Of a stretch of 64,000 bases of DNA, positions 31,676 through 46,288 are shown piece after piece. The position numbers and the translations under genes are program-made. Position 1 is the first letter of the stretch, and every line of letters starts with the position of its first letter. The notes under the pieces were generated by a model, which saw only the letters and a program-made list of their open reading frames with translations, was not told the origin of the DNA and searched no databases. This stretch comes from the human T2T-CHM13v2.0 reference genome, Homo sapiens. The stretch is taken from NCBI RefSeq assembly GCF_009914755.1, contig NC_060930.1; one strand, given 5' to 3'.

Positions 31676-33805
31676 TATAGATAGATAAATCTTAATGTAG
31701 TTTAGAAACTGTTAATTCAGAGATGCTGCTCTGATGTAGTTAACAAAATAGTGACTTGGAATCAGGAGTCTGTCTTCCTACTGTGCTACCTGGGAAAACT
31801 CACTTAACCTCCTTGAGCTTCAGTTTCTCCTCTGTGCAGTGTATTACCTGCTACACAGGGTTATTGTGCATTAAATAACTGAAAGTACTTAGACTGTAAA
31901 GGGCTGTATACCTTTTATGTTATATACCTCAATATGTTAAATATTGAGTTCTAGAGATATAAGGAATAATGGAAAACAGTCATGTTTTGACTCATTATGC
32001 TATGAACCATTTTATGTAAAGAACTGAAACATAATTTTTCTGTGTTATGTATAATTTCTATTATATAGCAAGTAATGAAGTGCATAGGATAACATTTCAT
32101 GTTAATAAGTATAATTTTAAAATTTCATATTTTTCTGAAAACCAATAAAACTATTTATGAGATAGGAAACATGAACTAGTATGACCAAGAGCAAGAAGGA
32201 AGAACTGAAGAGAAGAAGAGAACTCCCGAAAGATCCCTAAATTTATATAATACCTCATGGAAATCTAGGTACCTGAGACTGCATTTCTATTCTTATAAAG
32301 CTAGCTTCCTCTGTGGAATGTGTTTTAATTTGGGCATAACTAGTTTCAAATCTTGTTCTGCCACTCACTAGCTATTTGGTCTTAAGCAAATTATTCCATT
32401 TATTTGAGTCTTTCTTTCCTTATCAGTGTAATAGATATAATCCTTCTCACAGTGTGTATGTAAAAATTAAGTTAGAAAATTGTGTAAAGAGATCTAGTAC
32501 CATGCTCAGTAAATGTCTTTTCCCTGTGTCTTGCCCTCCCTTTCTGTCCTAAATTGCCCCAGTAGTTAAAATGCTGAAATAAGGTGGACTCTAGGATCTC
32601 AGAACCAGCTTGATATAAGGAAAAACAGTCTAAGAAAAAGCCATTTATATGTAATTTCCTTAGTTTTCAAGAATTCACTCTATGTGTAGACAGGTTAGTT
32701 GAATGATATGGTTTAACTTTTTTTATAGCTCCTTTCCATCTTTTCTCTCCAATGAGATAGCTGTTCCTTACTAGTGTTGGAGTTCTGTGGTGTATATGAG
32801 AGAACACATATGTTTGAAATAGTTTATCAGTGTGACATTGACGGCCAAGCACAGGCTGTGGCACAAACAGCTGTGGCATTTGATTTCTGGGCAGATTATC
32901 AGAACCTTGGTGTCTGTAAAATGTATATATTAATCCCTACAATATAAGGTTGCCAAAATGATTAATAATGATTTCCATAAAGCACAGTGCCCAGCACACA
33001 GTATTTAGTAGCCAGTATTAGTACTAATAAGACTGAAATGGAGGGAAAAAGGGAAATTTCACAAAAATTCAAATGATAATGTGTGGGGAAGGTCTTAATA
33101 AAAAAAAGTTCTCCATTTTGATAGAAGCTTTACAACTAGATAAGCATTTAGACTTACAAGAAATCAGCCCAGGTTGGTTAAAAAAAAAAAAATGCAGCTA
33201 TTGGTATTTGACCAGGTTTTTTCTAAGGCCACTTCTCTGTCTTGGATAATATTTTTTGTGTGTGTATATATGTATTTCATTTTTCTTCCTATATGCTACT
33301 ACCCAGCTTTTAGGTAGGTGATAGCAGTTTCAAAAAGTTAACATCAAGGAGAAAGGAAGGCTGGAAATAAGGGCTAGTTATAAAAGTAAGGAAAGATTGT
33401 CCCAGTTACTTTATTTTGGCAGTGGTTAATTAGCTACTTGGAATAAAGCTTCAAATATTCTGAAGTGCTGTTAGCAGAACCATATCTTTCTCCTCTATTA
33501 GTTGTCTCCTTAAGCTTTGCTCAGCCACCAGCTTTTCAGGGCCTTCCTTTGAGAGCCACTGAAATGTTGGGATAGTTCTGCTGTGTTAAGATTTTTTATG
33601 ATTTGATCCTATCCTACATGTCGAATTTTGTTTCCCACCATTCTTGTGGATTCAATGGAACTACTTTCAGTTTCTCAAGTTTGATGGGTTCTATTTGCTC
33701 ATATTTTGTGCATGCTCTCCTCTCTTCTCCTTATTACCTCCTTTTTAAAACCGTAGGTAACTCCCCTAAGCAGTTAGATGTTTCCTTTGCCTTGCTGTCA
33801 TAGTC

Positions 33806-34112
33806 CTTTTTCTTTTTTTTGAGATAGGGTCTTGCTCTGTCACCTAGGCTGGAGTGCAGTGGTGTGATCATAGTTCACTATAGCCTTGAACACCTGGGCT
33901 CAAGTGATAATCCCACATCAGCCTCTCAAAGTAGCTGGGACTACAGGCGCATGCCACCACACTGGCCTAATTAAAAAAAAAAAAAAAATTTGTAGAGACG
34001 GGAGTCTTAACTGTGTTGCCCAGGCTGGTCTCAAACTCTTGGCCTCAAGCAGTCTTCTCACCTCTGCCTCCCAAAGCGCTAGGATTACAGGTATGAGCCA
34101 CCACTCCTGGCC
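33806..34112 (-). mobile_element. AluJ
   Basis: gatcatagttcactatagccttgaac, ggcctcaagcagtc J-type features. Confidence 0.85.
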
Positions 34113-35190
34113 CATAGCATTTTCTATGTACCTCTTTTAGCTTATGTTGTTATAATTTTTTCTCAGAAATGGGATTCTACTAAAACAAACATCAATCACC
34201 ATTAAAGAACAGTGCTTTAAAAAAAAATGAGGAAAAGTTAAACATATAGCTAGAGACATTTCATATTATGTCACTAATCCTTTACTGTTATCAGTAATTG
34301 AATAATCTCAACAGCCATAAATGGAAAACTCACCATAAAGTTAGGTCCTTGAATTAAACTGCATAGATTACAAAATGGAAGTCATTTGGCAAGCCTCCAT
34401 TTTGCTTTCCTCAGATTCAACAGCTTCTATCATTGCCCTTTAATTGTCTTTTTACCTGGTTTAAGAGATAGTGTTAGATTGCTATTTGCTTTGGCCTGCT
34501 GAAATAGGCAGTTAAGAGATTATCACATTGTACTGCAATTATTTATTTGAATGTTTCTATCCAAACTAGACTGGGAGCTCTGAAAGTGGGCAGAGTTCTT
34601 ACTTATGTTCATGTCTTTTACTTCCCAGTAGTTGAGAGACTTAATAAATTATGGTTGAATGAATAGTCACTTGGTCACAAAGTAAATGAAAGATACCAGT
34701 GCTAACTTTTAACCAAAGGAAACGGAAATGCAGATAGTGATAGAAATAAAATATAAATTATCATGATTGAATGTAAGCATTTAGAAGCCTCTAATTATCT
34801 CAAGTCTTTAAAACTATAGATCTGAATGTTTGTGTTAGCAGATAACTGATAGGCAAAATAAAAATCAAGTCATTTGAACAAGGAAATAGGATATTAAATT
34901 AAGAAGTTAGACGAACATTCATTTATTAAATAAATACTTTATGACTGCCTACTATGTGTGAGACCTAAGTGCTCAGTCCTAAATTAAAGCAGTGAAAAAG
35001 ATTAATGTGGTTTCTGACTTAATGGAGTTGTTATCATCTAGCAAATATTAGAAAACAAAGTTTCAGATTCAAGACAGTAATCTTAGCATACACGTTTAGG
35101 TCTTTTGTTTCCCAGACCCTTCAGTTTGATAATAACATTAAAGTGTAAAAAGGAATAACAGAACAATATTTCAGTTATTTATTTTTTTAA

Positions 35191-35537
<347 letters not shown>

Positions 35538-35539
35538 TA

Positions 35540-36350
35540 AAATTTTGTTATCTTGAATAACTGAAATTCTATACCATTGAACAGCAACTCCCCATTTTCC
35601 TACCCCCTGTCAACCCACATTCTGCTTTCTGTTTCTATGAGTTTGACTGCTTTATATACCTCATATAAGTGGAGTCATGCAGTATTTGCTTTTCTGTGAC
35701 TGGCTTATTTCACTTAGCATAATGTCCTTAAGGTTTTTCCATGTTGTAGCTATGACAGGATTTTCTTTTCTAAGGCTGAATAATATTCTTTAATATGTAC
35801 ATACCACACTATCCATTAATTTGTAGATAGACATTTATGTTTTTTCTACCTCTTGACTATTATAAATAATGCTTCAATGAATGTGAGTGTGCAAACATCT
35901 CTTTGACCCTCTTTTATCAGTTCTTCTGGATAAATACCTAGAAGTGAGATGCTGGATTATATAGTAGTTCTATTTTTATTATTTTTATTTTTTGAGACAG
36001 GGTCTCGTTCTGTCATCCAGGCTGGAGTGCAGGGGTGCAATCAAGGCTCACTGCCCTCGACCTCTTGAGCTTAAGTAGTCCTCCTACCTCAGCCCCATGA
36101 GTCACATATGTTTTGTACATATGGAGCCTAACTTTGTTGCCCAGGCTAATCTTGAACTCCTGGACTCAACTGTTCCTCCTGCCTCGGCCTCCTAAAGTGC
36201 TAAGATAACAGGCGTGAGCCACACACTGTGTGTGGCCAGTCGTTCTATTTTTAATTTTTTGAGGAACCCCCATAGTATTTTGCACAGCAGCTATACTGTT
36301 TCACGTTTTCACCAACAGTACACAAGAGTTTCAGTTTCTCCACATCCATA
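35540..36350 (-). mobile_element. L1M 3' fragment with nested AluJ
   Basis: ctgtgactggcttatttcacttagcataatgtcc motif; boundaries approximate. Confidence 0.7.
35971..36237 (-). mobile_element. AluJ (internally deleted)
   Basis: gagacagggtctcg...ctcggcctcctaaagtgct. Confidence 0.8.
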
Positions 36351-38673
36351 AGTGCTGATCATGTTCATAATACTAACATGAAGTAAGAAATAAATGAGAC
36401 AAGGTCCTTGCCTTCGAGAAATCTCCATTTCTTCCTCCTGAAAGGCTCTTCCCTTTTATCTTCATTTGACTAACTCTTTTTCATGGTGTTTCAACTCAAA
36501 TGCTATGTTGTCAACAAAGCCTCTCCTGGTTTCACAGCCTAAGTTCACCCCCATATTGTAAGATGTCATAGCACTCTGTCTTCTGTACACTTAGTGTAGA
36601 TGTAATTTACAGAATTAGGTGAGGTCAGGGAAAATGGTTGGTTTTTTTGTTCAGTCCACTTAGCTGAGAAAATCCATGGCACAAAGCAGCTATATAGTGA
36701 ATGTGTAACTTTGCATTATGAAATATATTGCACATTTTTTGACGATTACATAACACAGTATTTTATTAAATAATAAAATGAACACCCAGGTACCCAACCT
36801 TTCATTTAAGAAATAGAACATTACTAGTACTGTAAAATCCTCCTGTATACCCCTCTTGACGTTTGTGTTATTCTTTTGCTTTCTTTATAGTTTTATCATT
36901 ATGAGTGCATTTTGTCAGTATAACTATATTCCAAGGAAATATCTGGTTGAGTTTGAAAAAAATTGAGTGGCAAGCACAAACCCAGCTGTGTAAGATAGCA
37001 TAAATATCGCTATTATTAAAAGAAGTCTCCCAGAAGAAAAGTTGAACAGAGTCTCTGGGTTATGGTATGCTTCTTTATACCTGAAAGGTTTTAAGACTCC
37101 CTTTGGAGATGTTCGTGGGCAAGGTCAAGAGTGAATTGTGTAAAACAGAGTTTACCACTTTCAGGGCTTCTGGCAAGATTGTAATGTGATAAAATATTGG
37201 ATATCTAACATATGGAACAGACTGATTTGCATCTGAACTTAACATTGCCCTCCTCCAACTCTCAGGAGCAGGCCAAAGCAGAAAACTTCAGTGAAGTGAA
37301 AATAGTATCATCAGATGATCTAGGCTAGAAACTTCATTAGTACACCTTCAAATAAGCCAAGCACTGAAAAGAAATTTAGCCAAGCTTTTAATCTGTCCTC
37401 AGGTTAAAGTTGGTACCCTAGCAGCAGGGATGTTAACATATCTTTTATGGCACACAAATCCGAACTACATTGGTCACTGTAGATTAGCTAAGGAAGAGGA
37501 TCTGTTTGGGATCTTCCTTCACCATCTTCCTAGGCATTCCCTTTGCATCTCTTCTATGTTGAATCTCTTATTTCCTAACATCTGTTTTTTCTCTTTCTTG
37601 GTTTATTCTCTCAGTTTCGTAGAGCCTATAAATAGTTAACTTGTTGAGAAAAGTGGCATGGGAAATAAATATTTTGAAGCCTTCAGCATCTAAAAGTCTT
37701 TTCATTCTACCCTTAACAGTTATTTGGAAGTTCAGCTAAGTATAGAATTCTAGGTTGGAAACCTTTTTTCTTTGGAATCTTGAAAATATTACTCCATTAT
37801 CTTTTGGTTTGCAGCATTGCTGTTAAGAGTTCCAAAGCCATTCTGATTACTAATCTTATTTTTTTCTCCAAAAAAAAAAATGACTGATTTTTAATCTTCT
37901 ATGTGACCTTTTTCCCCTTTCAAAAATCTGGTAGAATATCCTCTTGGTAACTGGGGTTCTGATGGCACATAATGCTGTACCTTGGGTCTTTGAGTACTTC
38001 AGTTCTGAGAAATTTCTTAATTTGTTAACAATTATCTCCCATCTGTTTTCTTTGTTCTTTCTTTTTGGAACTTCTTTTGTTTATAAGGTGGATCATCTTT
38101 ACTGGCTTTCTTAAGTTTTAGTTTTTTCTTCTCCTTTTTCCCGTTCTCTTCTTGGCTCTACTATGATATTTCTTCACCTTTATTTTTAACCCTTTTTTGA
38201 GCTATTTGCTTTTGTGCTTTCTATCTTTTACTCTCTTATTCTCTCTCCCACTCCCTTTCTCCTTCTTTTCTCCTTTTCTTCTCTCCTTCCCTCTCTCTCA
38301 TCGCTTCTCTCTTCATTTTAAAATCCAAGTGCTCTTTTGTCTGAGTGTTCCTTTGCTATAACAATGTTTTCCTGTTTCATGAATGTAATATCTTCTCTAA
38401 GAACAATATTCTTCTTTTTTAAAAAAATTTTTCGTATGTTACTTTTTTTCTCTTTGTTTTAGTCTCTAACTTAAACATGTTAAAAGTGTCCTTCTGATAT
38501 TTGATAGGCCTCAGTTGTCTAAACATGAGTGAAAGGAAGGCTGATGGGAAATTCTGAGAGCCTGCAGGGGACTTGTCTGAGCCTCATTTTAGGGCGATGG
38601 TGAGCCATTTGTCTAAGGAATCTTTGAAGTCAGTATTGATAGTTATTTTTCATTGAATTCATTAGATTCCCCA

Positions 38674-39242
38674 TGTCAAGAACTGTGAAGAATCTGAGAT
38701 TATACTGTATATATCACTGAGAATTCTTCTCTATGGTTTCTCATGTTTCTGAGAAGAGAGAAACATTTTATGAGCAGAGACACTGAAAGCCTTCTGTTTA
38801 AAAAGACCATCTTTTTAAGGATATGTGTGCAATGAACAGCTTTGGAAGTTATAGACAGTGTCTCTGTCTAGAACATACAGTACATTTATCTACTTTCCAA
38901 TATAATGGACAGTGCAAAAGTTACATAGGTTTTCTTATAGCTACCCTTATAAAAGATAGAGGTTTCCTAAGCTTAGGGTTCCTCAATTGTGACCAAAAAC
39001 CCACCACATACATGGTATCCACCTGGCCTGCCTCCATGTCACTCCCATGGGACTTGGAAGAGTGAATACAAGGGAAACTAACATGAACAGGAAGCTCATG
39101 CTGCTTGCTATGCTGTGCATAATCAAACCTTTTGTCTTTGACCCAAGAGTCTTGTGTCTTCTGCCAACATATATGAAACTGTGGCAGACTAGCTTGTTAG
39201 GTTGCAAGTTTGGTAAAATCTAAGATTTTACAGTTCTTGAAA
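38674..39242. mobile_element. Old LTR-like repeat with ~30-bp inverted termini (LTR55-like, tentative)
   Basis: Starts tgtcaagaactgtgaagaatctgagatt; ends aatctaagattttacagttcttgaaa. Confidence 0.55.
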
Positions 39243-40387
39243 TGACATAGAAGACTCTTGTCTGTCTCCTTCCTAGAGAGTAAGAATCTAGCTGACAGCC
39301 TTCTAGGAGCCCAGTAGAGAACAATTCTGATCTCTGCACTTAGTATTCAATATGCCTATGCTCGTATATTCATGCTCTCTCAGTTTTGCCAGGTGATTTT
39401 TAGTTCAGAGGACTTCTATTCTCTTCAGAGAATAAACTTCCAGACTTCTGCTAGGGTGAAGGAGGGGACAGCGACCTAGTGGCCTGTAGTAGGGGAAAGA
39501 ACACAGGAATCAGTTTTCTTCTTTGCTGATAGGTTCCCTTCTCAAGAAAGCATTGCCTGGCTTTTCTGTTTAAAATTACTATCTTTCTTATCCCTCTTTT
39601 CCTTTCTTTATTTTTCTCCATAGCACTTAATGCTTGTAACTTTCAAATGTATTCTATCATTTACTTACTATATTTATTCTCTATCACACCACTCCGTTAG
39701 GATGTAAGCTCTATGAGGTCGGAGATTTTTATCTCTTTCATTTAACTGTGTATCCCAAACACCTAGAGAATACCTGATACATAATAAGTATTCAGTAAAT
39801 ATTTGTTGATCGGATGAGTGAATGAATGACTAGGAAGTTGCACATCTGTTGCCTGTTGCTTCTGGTTTGAGAATAAAATTAAGATGAAGTTTATTATATG
39901 TAAGTCACTGGTATTTCTTTTTTAAAGCTTAAAATATTGATGTCAGTTGAGGATATAGGCAACTTTCACTGAAATCATTCACAGCAATTTAGAATTACTG
40001 ATTTTGTATACAACTTCTTATCTGGCATGAGAATTCCTTTAGAGCATTCCTAAAGGCAGCCTTCTTTTTTCTGTCAGATCATTTTTAGTATTGTTGGTAG
40101 AACCAGTGGGTTTACTGAAGAATTGGTTGTGAGGCATAGAAAAGAAGAAAGAATAAAGTTCACAGATCTAGTAAGTGGCAGAACCAGGACTAAAACCTAG
40201 CCAGTCTGGCTTCACAATCTATGTTCCTAACCACTGCACTATGCTGCTTCTTGATGAGAAAAGAACAGCACCCCCACCCCCTGCAAAAAAAAGAGACGAA
40301 AAAGGGGTGGCCCATGAGGTAGGAGTAGAACTAGGAGAGTGTGATGTCCAGAAAGCTACATTTAAGAAGTGTATCAAGAATGAGAGG

Positions 40388-40575
40388 ATGGGCAACATAA
40401 TGAGACCTCATCTCTACAAAAAATAAAAAATAAATTAGCTTGGCTGAGGTGAGAGGATCGCTTGAGCCCTGGAGGTCAAGACTGCACTGAGCCAAGATAA
40501 GTGCCACTGCACTATAGCCTGGGCACAGAGTAAGACTCTGTCTCAAAAAAAAGTAGAAAAAAAAACAACAACAAA
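40388..40575 (+). mobile_element. AluJ fragment
   Basis: gggcaacataatgagacc...ggatcgcttgagccc; TSD-like CAAGAATGAGAG. Confidence 0.8.
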
Positions 40576-40916
40576 AGAACAAGAATGAGAGAATGCATAT
40601 TATATGATGGATCATAGTATCTATGTTAGATACTGATTATAAGTCAAGTAAGATGAGGTTTGAGAGTTGACCTTTGGATTTGGCAAAGGAGAAATCATTA
40701 GTGGTTTTGATAAGAACAGTTATATGGGCTAAAGTCTGATTGGAGTATGAATTATTGCTGTGTAAAAATTTATCCCACAACTTAGTTTAAAACAGCAAAC
40801 ATTATCTCACAGTTTCTGTGTGTCAGAAATTTAGCTGCATGCCTCTGACTCAGGATCTCTCATTAGGTTATAGTCATTTACTTCTGCTGTATTCACACAA
40901 ATCCTACTATTACTTC

Positions 40917-41210
40917 TTTTTTTTTGGAGATGGAGTTTCACCCTGTTGCCCAAGCTGGAGTGCAGTGGCACAATCTCGGCTCACTCTGCAACCTCCGCCT
41001 CCCAGGTTCAAGCAGTTCTCCTGCCTCAGCCTCCTAAGTAGCTGGGATTACAGGTGGCCGCCACCACACCCACCTAATTTTTGTATTTTTACTAGAGACA
41101 GGATTTCGCCATGTTGGCCAGGCTGGTTTCAAACTCCTGACCTCAAGTGATCTGCCCGCCTCAGCCTCCCAAAGTGTTGGAATTACAGGCGTGAGCCACT
41201 GCACCCAGTC
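40917..41210 (-). mobile_element. AluS
   Basis: Full antisense dimer; TSD CCTACTAT(T/A)-like. Confidence 0.9.
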
Positions 41211-42020
41211 CCTACTATCACTTCTATCACATAGATCAACCCTGGTCCTTTCTAGGAGATTGTGCAATAGTGTGAATACCAGGAAGAGAATCATTGGAGG
41301 CCATTTTAGAGGCTGGCTATCACACAGTGAGCTGAAGAGAGAATGGGAGATGAATCAAACACACTAAATAGCAAAGACTTTTGAGTTTTGCCTGAAAAGG
41401 GAGCAGAGAAATAGGGAGTTTGTCTAGGTGCATCTGCAGGTAGATCCTATAGTAGAGCTTATAGAACTTCTGATTATTTTTATTTTCTCATGAAATAAGA
41501 AACAAATTTATCAGTGAGACTGAAGGCTAGGTTTGAGGAGAGAAAATAATTTATGAAATAGTCATCTAAGAATATGGGGATAAAATGGATTTGGAAAATA
41601 CGGTATGATTGCTAGGCAGCACTAAAGACCCACTTGAAATTAACGGTCATGAATTTAAAGTATAGCCAGTCAAGATAGCTGTTTGTTTTTCTCCAGGCAC
41701 ATTCAGTTTGTGGGTACAAGTGTGGATTGGGCAGAGAGCTGGAGTTGGGATTTATCCAGGTCAATATGACAAAGCAAGGGTAACATATATCCTTAATAGA
41801 TTATATGCAAGAGTGTATTATAATGATGGATCATAGGATTTAAGATGGGTAAGGAAAAAAGGAATTAAGAGAAAGTAAGGGGATAATGAAAAGGAGTAGG
41901 GTTCATGGAATCTACTCCTAAATGTGGTCAAAGGATTATTGAATTTGTGGTCTTAGAGGGTATGAACCAGAAAGACAGGTGGAAGTATGGGAGGAGAGGT
42001 TGATTGAAATTCACATTACA

Positions 42021-42297
42021 ACAAACATTACACATGTTCTCACTTATGAGTGGGAGCTAAATAATGAGAACACATGAATACATCCGGGGGAATGACACAC
42101 CCTGGGGCCTGTTGGAGGATAGGGGGTGGGAGGAGGGAGAGGATCAATCAGGAAGAATACCTAGTGGATGCTGGGCCTGATAACTGTGGGATGGGATGAT
42201 CTGTGCAGCAAACCACCATGCACACATTTGCCAGTGTAACAAACCTGCACATCCTGCACATGTACCCTTGAACTTAAAAGTTGCAAATTTAAAAAAA
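42021..42297 (+). mobile_element. Short L1PA/PB 3' end
   Basis: catgttctcacttatgagtgggagc...aacctgcacatcctgcacatgtaccc + A tail; TSD GAAATTCA(C/A)ATTACA at 42006-42020 and 42298-42312. Confidence 0.85.
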
Positions 42298-44901
42298 GAA
42301 ATTCAAATTACAGATGGATTGCAGTCATTGGTAATATAAAAGTCTGGAGAATGATCACAGGAGTGAGGAGCTGAGGAGGGTTAGAGAGCAAGAACGCTTA
42401 AAAAGAGGAGAAAAGGAACCCAGGAGATCAAAGATTAGGTTTACCTACATAGCTATTGAGTTCACCAACAGTTATGGCTAGACTAGTTTTTGAAAAAGTG
42501 ATCTTAAATTAGGAAATAAAGCCTTCAAGAAATGAAGGCTTCCCAGGGTTTATAGAGTACAAAAATGAGCAGGATAGTGAGTGGTACTGTGCTGTCTGAT
42601 CACAGGAGATTCAAAGCCAGTGGTATAAGTGGTTTTAGGGAGGAGAGACAAAGAGTGTCTCAAAGCATCAGTAAGCAACAAAGAAGCTCCAGACCCAGTG
42701 GTAGAAGTTATATGGAAGTATTGAGAGAGATGCAGCATCTTCAGGGAAGAGCAATAGAGAAACCTTTGTTTCTTCAGGCAGTGGATTCTCACCTCACGTT
42801 ACCTGGGTGCTCTCAACAAAATTTACTTTCATTGAGGAGAATTTCTTTCCCTTCTCAGCTCTTCAACATACTCAGAAGTTGAGTTTCTGGTCTGCTTGGT
42901 TTCCCTTTAAGTATATGTTTCCCGAAGCATCTCAAACTTAAAGAAAAGTTGCAAGTACATTATAAAGAACTTTTTTTCCTGAACCATGTAAGAGTAATTT
43001 GCCAATATGATTGCTCCATCATCCCAAATATTTTAGTGCATTATTTTTTTCTAAAGAATATTCTCCTGCATAACCCCAATACATCCATCAAAATCAAGAA
43101 GCTAACACTGACACGTTACTGTCGTCTTATCCATAGCCCCATTCAGGTTTTGCTGGTTGTTCCAGTAAAGTCCTTTATAGCAAAATGATCCAGTTCCAAA
43201 TCATATATTGTAATTAATTGTTATGTCTCTTTAGTCTCCTTCATCCTAGAACAGTTCCTCAGTCTCTTCTTGACTTTGATCACCCTGACACTTTTGTGGA
43301 GACTACAAACCTGTTATTTTTTAGAGTGTTCTTCAGTTTGCATGGGTTTACAATTTCGTCATGATTAGATTCATTTTATGTGTTTTTGACAGGAATATCT
43401 CAGAAGTGATGCTTGTTCTTCTTGTTACATCCTATTAGGTGATACGTGGTTTCTATTTGTCCAATTCCTAATAATGTTAACTTGGATCTCTTAATTAAGG
43501 TGCTCTCTTCCCAGCTTCTCCGCTGTAACATTACTCTTTTTCACTTTGCAATTAATGTCTCTTGTTTCTTAAACTTCAGATTTTTTCATTCACTTATTTA
43601 TTTATATCAGTATGGACTTACAGATTTCTGTTTACTCAATGGATGTTAATCTATTACTGTCATAATTTATTTTGATGTTCACTTTGTCCCAGATATGGCC
43701 GGGGCATTCTCTTCCAGCTAGCTTCTATGCCCTTTTGTTGTGTCCCCACATTCTCTAATCACTTCCTTACTTTCTGGTATAAAAAAGATGGTCCAGATTT
43801 GTCTGTGCGCCAGCTTTGGAACCAACCATTTCTACAAAGCTGTGGATCCTTTTAGTGGAGGATAGTACTAAAGACTAACATTTGTGGTTGTGCTACTCCC
43901 AGGCCATTTGAGTGGACAAAGATAGTAAGTACATTATATACACCATACACTTACACATACATATGCAAATTTACATGTCTTTATCTAAATATCTGATGAA
44001 AACCATAAGTTCATATCAGTACTCTCAGTTTCAATCCAGTACCATGGGATTCATTCTGTATTTGTGTCTCCTTTCCATATGTGTACATCCTTTCCCTGAT
44101 AGGTAAGGAAACTGGCTCCCCTTATCCTTTAATATATTTCCTTATTTGATCAGTCCCTTATATGTGCCAATCTCCTGTCACTGCTTCTTCTCCCACACAG
44201 ATGGTCTCCTTGAACTAGTTGGGCTTCACCTTATGCAAGGTCACTCCCTTATGTGGACCTCCTCCTTACCCCACTTGACCTCAGTAAGGCCTTGTGCCAG
44301 GAGTTCCTTTTCCTCACTTCACTTGGATTCCAGTAGTGTGTCAAGCTGCTGCTGCTGCCCACCGCCTTCTTGACTCCCACCCCCATATGAAGTCTTTTTA
44401 TCCCTTTCAGATTCCTACACACCCTGTACCAGGCTGCTCCTCTGTAAAGACGCTCTCTCCATCTAACTTGTGTTCCAACCCCCCAGCCTGAGGTGCCTTC
44501 CCTTGTGGTTGCCCTGTTCATCCTGCTTGGGCTCCCAATACCTTACTCAAAGTCACCGCTGCACTTAGATTGCCTCCTCATCCTGCTCAGGTTCTGACAC
44601 TTTACTCTTGGCTGCCCTCCTCACTCCACACAGGCTTTGACATCAGGCCACCACCCCATGTGGATTTCATATGGGCGTTTGGACCCTGTGCTCCCTGGCC
44701 TGCAGAGGCTCCCTGCCTTTGACTGACATCCACCAGCTTATGTTGACATCCTCATGACTCCAGTTGGAGTCTTATATCCCATTTTGAGCTCCAAACCCAC
44801 CTTGATCTCTAGTTTCTTTTTCTTTTTCTTTTTCTTTTTTTTCTCTAGTTTCAATTGTTATTTCTGGAGCACAGGGTAATAAGATCATAACAGCAGGTAG
44901 G

Positions 44902-45650
44902 CTGTTGGAGTGACATCAATGACCCAGAGATAAAAACCAAACTTCAAATGGTAAGGACATAGTCCTCCACAAGACTCCCCTCACGTCAGCCATGAGTTTA
45001 GTGGTCTGCAAGCTACCCACAGCTGTGAAGAGCTGGCTACAAATCTGGGGGTTCCCATTATTCCCTCATGTTTGATAATTCAGTAGAACAACTCACCAAA
45101 CTCAGCATAGTGCTGTACTTATTATTACAGCTTTATTACAGCAAAAGGATTCAAATCAGAATCTGTATAGGGATGATCTGAGAGGGTCCCAGATGTGAAG
45201 CTTCCGTTGTTTTCTCCCCATTAAGTAAGGACGCATTAACTTTCCTCCTCTCGAACATCCAGTATGTGATGATATGCGGAGTATTACCAACCAGGGAAGC
45301 TCACTCAAACTTCAATGTTCAGAATTTTTATTGATGTTTCCTTATGTAAGCATGACTGACTGAATCATCGCCCATGTCGCTCAGTCTTTAGCTATTCTCC
45401 CCTCTCTGGATATTGAGGTTATATCACTAGGCTCAAAGCGCAACTCTCTAATCACATGGCTGGTCTTAGTGATGTGGCCAGCCCCCATCCTGAGTCATCT
45501 CTTTAGCATAAACTAGGGGCCACCAAGGATTTAGAGGCTACTTCTCAGAAACTGGAGACAAAGGCCAGCCAAATTCTTTATTCCAAGTGTTTAGAGCTGA
45601 ACTCCTAGCAACCAGTACAAAGGCCAACCAAATTCTTTACTATTCAGCTA
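44902..45650. mobile_element. MER21-like LTR
   Basis: aagactcccctcac, tggctacaaatctgggggttccc, gccaaattctttactat motifs; boundaries approximate. Confidence 0.6.
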
Positions 45651-45893
45651 TGGAAAACTAAATTGCTTTCCTAAATGTGGTATACAGATCAGTTGTTCAC
45701 TCTAAAATTTCTGCTTCGATATTTCCTCATTTACCTTTCAGATTAAGATGTCATGCAGTAATTTTACAATGCTCATAATGTACTTATTTATTTTCTAATC
45801 ATAGAAATAAGTAAACTTTCAGAAATGTTCCAATACTGCAGTATAAATTGATAATGACACTATAGTAATATAATCAAACATACAGTATTTTAA

Positions 45894-46130
<237 letters not shown>

Positions 46131-46168
46131 TAAATATTTTTTGTAATGCCTCAAGATGTTATTTCTAA

Positions 46169-46288
<120 letters not shown>

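Larger units (their letters stand above)
39520..42800. repeat. L2/MIR/MLT mosaic (old repeats)
   Basis: aaatatttgttga/gaatgaatga L2 end, purine-rich L2 antisense stretches, MIR core near 40170; interrupted by Alus and L1. Confidence 0.5.

Noticed and set aside
42565-42882. 105-aa ORF MSRIVSGT...
   Set aside because: Lies in a decayed L2-like purine-rich region; no splice context or homology recognised.
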